Positions 24,307 through 26,826 of a stretch of DNA of 26,826 bases are shown one piece after another. Position 1 is the stretch's first letter. Each line of letters opens with the position of its first letter. The notes below the pieces were generated by a model. The model did no database searches and was not told the origin of the DNA. It saw only the letters and a list, made by a program, of their open reading frames with translations. This DNA is from a virus (Duplodnaviria; Heunggongvirae; Uroviricota; Caudoviricetes), in IMG/VR virus record IMGVR_UViG_3300022719_000284, positions 1 to 26,826 of that record. One strand, 5' to 3'. The position numbers were made by a program, and so were the translations under genes.

Positions 24307-25515
24307 ATGAGAAACGAAGACAAAGACATAGATAGCTTGGAATTTATAAGATCCGGAGTGTTCAATAGCGATGCCCTATTGTCCAGGGATTCTATTAATG
24401 ATATATTTGATTCCATAGACGAGGAAATCTGGAATTGTGTGTGTTATTTACTAGATTCTCCTACAAAATTTGTAGAAGAGAGGTTATCTGAAGTAGCTGT
24501 TAGGGCTATGGGAAATATGACATACAACAGAGTACTATTTGATAAGGATAAATATTCTTTCCAAGAATGGCTAACACTATCTGGAAAGCTTCTCCATCTT
24601 ACTTCTAATAGAAAAACTTTGTTCAGTATTGAAGAAACCAAAAAAGTGTTGCAAGATATGCATTGGATTCGTTCCATGTATGAAGAGTTGATTGAAGATT
24701 TTTTGAGAATTACTGAAGGATACGAACAAATGTGCATGGATGAAGCTATTCTTTGTACTTCTTTAAAAGCTTCTTTTGGAGCAAAGTTAGGAAGCATTCG
24801 AATAGGGAAAGATGCTATAGAAAGGGCAACAGGTTTAGATCAAACGAGATTATATGGTACAACCAAAGCTATTAAATATCACTACGGTAAATATTTAGAA
24901 TTGAGAAATTCTATTATTCATCCTTATCTTAGACTTGTATTTTCTGAAGCGGGGAAGCTATCTGGAAATTCTAGATCTATTACTGAGGATGTTTTTCAAG
25001 CTGGTTATTTTGGCTTGACTAGGGCTATTTCTACGTTTTTCCGAGAAAGACAAGCTTACTTCAGTGCATATGCTAGATGGTGGATTAGACAAGCTATTTT
25101 GCTTGCCCTGAAAGATGAAGTTAGTTTTTTCAAAATACCTAGTGCAATATGGCATGCGTATAATAAATTGGAACGGGGAGAAAAAATTGAGGAAAACAGT
25201 GAGAAAATTAGACAGTACGTAAATGTTATCAAGCTCGTACCTATAGATCAGCCTATACAGCAAGAATGGGGATCTACCAAGTTAAGTGATACTTTAACGG
25301 ATGATTACCAAGTACAAAAAGCAGAAGAAGTGGAACTTGGTTTAGCAATAAAAAAAATGCTGGAAAAATTAGATCCAGTTTCCGAAAAATTTCTTTGTCT
25401 TAGATTCGGTGTTATATCTCATTTGCAGACTAGCTCTGCTTTGGACGAAGAAGATATCCTAAAGGAGCAATTGAGACAATCGCTAGCGCTCATGCGCTTT
25501 CATACAATTGAATAA
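24307..25515 (+). CDS. Sigma70-family RNA polymerase sigma factor, divergent
   Basis: Region 2: YLRLVFSEA, EDVFQAGYFGLTRAI, FSAYARWWIRQAI; region 4.1-like LDPVSEKFLCLRFG. Confidence 0.88.
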   Translation: MRNEDKDIDSLEFIRSGVFNSDALLSRDSINDIFDSIDEEIWNCVCYLLDSPTKFVEERLSEVAVRAMGNMTYNRVLFDKDKYSFQEWLTLSGKLLHLTSNRKTLFSIEETKKVLQDMHWIRSMYEELIEDFLRITEGYEQMCMDEAILCTSLKASFGAKLGSIRIGKDAIERATGLDQTRLYGTTKAIKYHYGKYLELRNSIIHPYLRLVFSEAGKLSGNSRSITEDVFQAGYFGLTRAISTFFRERQAYFSAYARWWIRQAILLALKDEVSFFKIPSAIWHAYNKLERGEKIEENSEKIRQYVNVIKLVPIDQPIQQEWGSTKLSDTLTDDYQVQKAEEVELGLAIKKMLEKLDPVSEKFLCLRFGVISHLQTSSALDEEDILKEQLRQSLALMRFHTIE

Positions 25516-25592
25516 AGAGTCTCCAGCAGTATCATGACTGCACCTCACCAAACGGCAACAGGCCATAAAAAGAGAAATATAGGAGATACACT

Positions 25593-26756
25593 ATGGGCAA
25601 GAAATTCAGTCAAGCAAAAACCTCCATTGATGACGGAGTTAGATGGGAAGAGGAACTTCCTTTTGATGTAGTGGACATTAGAGAAGCTGCCAAGGGGGAT
25701 TTTCTTCCAATTCGTCTTGTTGGTTATGTAGAACCTTTCATGAGATTTTGGATTCCTACTGAATCATCAAAAGCTTACGATCCTTATAAAACAAAAGCTA
25801 AAATGTATCCTTCTGTTTGTGTGGATTTTGACTCCGATACTGAAACTTTCGTCGGTGATAATTGCCTGTATAGAAAAGCACATTATGAGTATACAGATCC
25901 AGAAACCGGTGAAACTAAGTGGGGCAGATTAAAGCCTACCAAAAACTACGTCATATTCTTCATTAATAGAGATCGCCAAGAAGAAAGAGAAGGTATATCG
26001 ATCAAGAAGAAGGTTCAGCAAGCTAAGAAGCAATCTGATATCCAAGTTGCTGTTGTTCCTACAGCGTTCTTGAAATCAGTGCAGAACGTGATTGATCTTT
26101 ACTCAAAAAAGGTTAAGAAGACTGTAGATCCTACAGATGAAAAAGAAGGATATGATCTTTTCTTCAAGTTTGATCCAGATGCGAATGCTGAGGCTAAATA
26201 CACTTGTCAATTAGGTGACCCTTCGCCTTTGACAGAAGAAGAGCTGGCCCAGGTAGAACTTGTTCCAGATAAGGTCAATATATTTCCTAAGGATTCTCCT
26301 GAGAAAATTCGGGAGTCACTTCTTCGCCATGGCTACTTTGTCGTAGAGAGAGGGGAAGACCCAGACGAAGTAAAGGCTTCTATGGTTTCCCCAAAAAAGA
26401 AGGGAGCTATGAAAGCAGGAGTTGAACTCATTGATGACGATGATGGTGACGACGAGGAGGAGGAAGAATCTCCAAAGAGTCGTCGGAAATCTGCTTCGGT
26501 TGAAGAGGAAAGTAGCTTCGATGACGAAGATGATGACTTGGATCTTGATGATGAAGATGAAGAGAACGAAAATTATTCCGAAGCAAATGAAGAATCAGAT
26601 GATGAAGATTCTGATGAAGAGGAAGAAAAAACTTCTTCTCCTAAGAAGTCTCCAAAAAAGGCAGCCGCTAAAAAGACATCTTCTAAGAAGAATCCTGCCC
26701 CAGTTGAAGATGATGAAGAGGATGATGATGACTTTGACTGGGATGATGATGACTAG
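25593..26756 (+). CDS. Putative single-stranded DNA-binding protein with long acidic tail
   Basis: IRLVG, DPTDEKEGYDLFF (gp32-like DP..G.D pattern), acidic/aromatic terminus DDFDWDDDD; replication-gene context; AGGAG RBS. Confidence 0.6.
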   Translation: MGKKFSQAKTSIDDGVRWEEELPFDVVDIREAAKGDFLPIRLVGYVEPFMRFWIPTESSKAYDPYKTKAKMYPSVCVDFDSDTETFVGDNCLYRKAHYEYTDPETGETKWGRLKPTKNYVIFFINRDRQEEREGISIKKKVQQAKKQSDIQVAVVPTAFLKSVQNVIDLYSKKVKKTVDPTDEKEGYDLFFKFDPDANAEAKYTCQLGDPSPLTEEELAQVELVPDKVNIFPKDSPEKIRESLLRHGYFVVERGEDPDEVKASMVSPKKKGAMKAGVELIDDDDGDDEEEEESPKSRRKSASVEEESSFDDEDDDLDLDDEDEENENYSEANEESDDEDSDEEEEKTSSPKKSPKKAAAKKTSSKKNPAPVEDDEEDDDDFDWDDDD

Positions 26757-26774
26757 ATAAGCAGGTGGATGGGC

Positions 26775-26820
26775 AGATGGGTGTGGAATTCATATTCACA
26801 CCCGTCTTCCTTTTCCTTTT
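26775..26820 (+). terminator. Intrinsic terminator-like hairpin
   Basis: AGATGGGTGTG pairs with CACACCCGTCT, followed by TCCTTTTCCTTTT. Confidence 0.65.
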
Positions 26821-26826
26821 AAGGAG

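Noticed and set aside
10345-26760. Overlapping or antisense ORFs in the track (e.g. 10345-10674, 13252-13629, 23855-24286, 26422-26760)
   Set aside because: They lie within better-supported genes, have no motifs and reflect low-complexity codon patterns
1-26826. Alternative genetic code (stop-codon reassignment)
   Set aside because: Long genes are intact in code 11, and TAA, TAG and TGA all terminate genes; only one in-frame stop within a gene was seen

Overview
Dense, AT-rich segment that reads as part of a large (probably jumbo) dsDNA bacteriophage genome. The right end holds a replication/transcription block: CHC2-Toprim primase, Cas4-like nuclease, SWIM protein, a sigma70-family factor with a degenerate region 4, and an SSB-like protein with an acidic tail. 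Next to it are LamG-repeat proteins, probably virion-associated. The rest is accessory genes: Hsp20, SLT transglycosylase, C39 peptidase, PRPP synthetase, AAA_33 kinase, SpoU methylase, EEP phosphoesterase, a stand-alone GGQ peptidyl-tRNA hydrolase, a large HEXXH protein, Nudix, HAD and a HicB-like gene. The most unusual elements are: (1) a stand-alone HUH/Y1 rolling-circle-type endonuclease directly abutting a 26-bp tandem hairpin array and a further structured non-coding tract (13497-14194); (2) a degenerate tRNA-like domain at the tip of a larger base-paired RNA (16477-16655); (3) a recurring sigma28-like promoter motif TAAAGTTT-N11/12-nnCGAwA; (4) a decayed tRNA-fMet overprinted by an ORF; (5) several genes broken by single-base indels. 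All protein calls come from motif recognition by eye; no database searches or folding programs were run.
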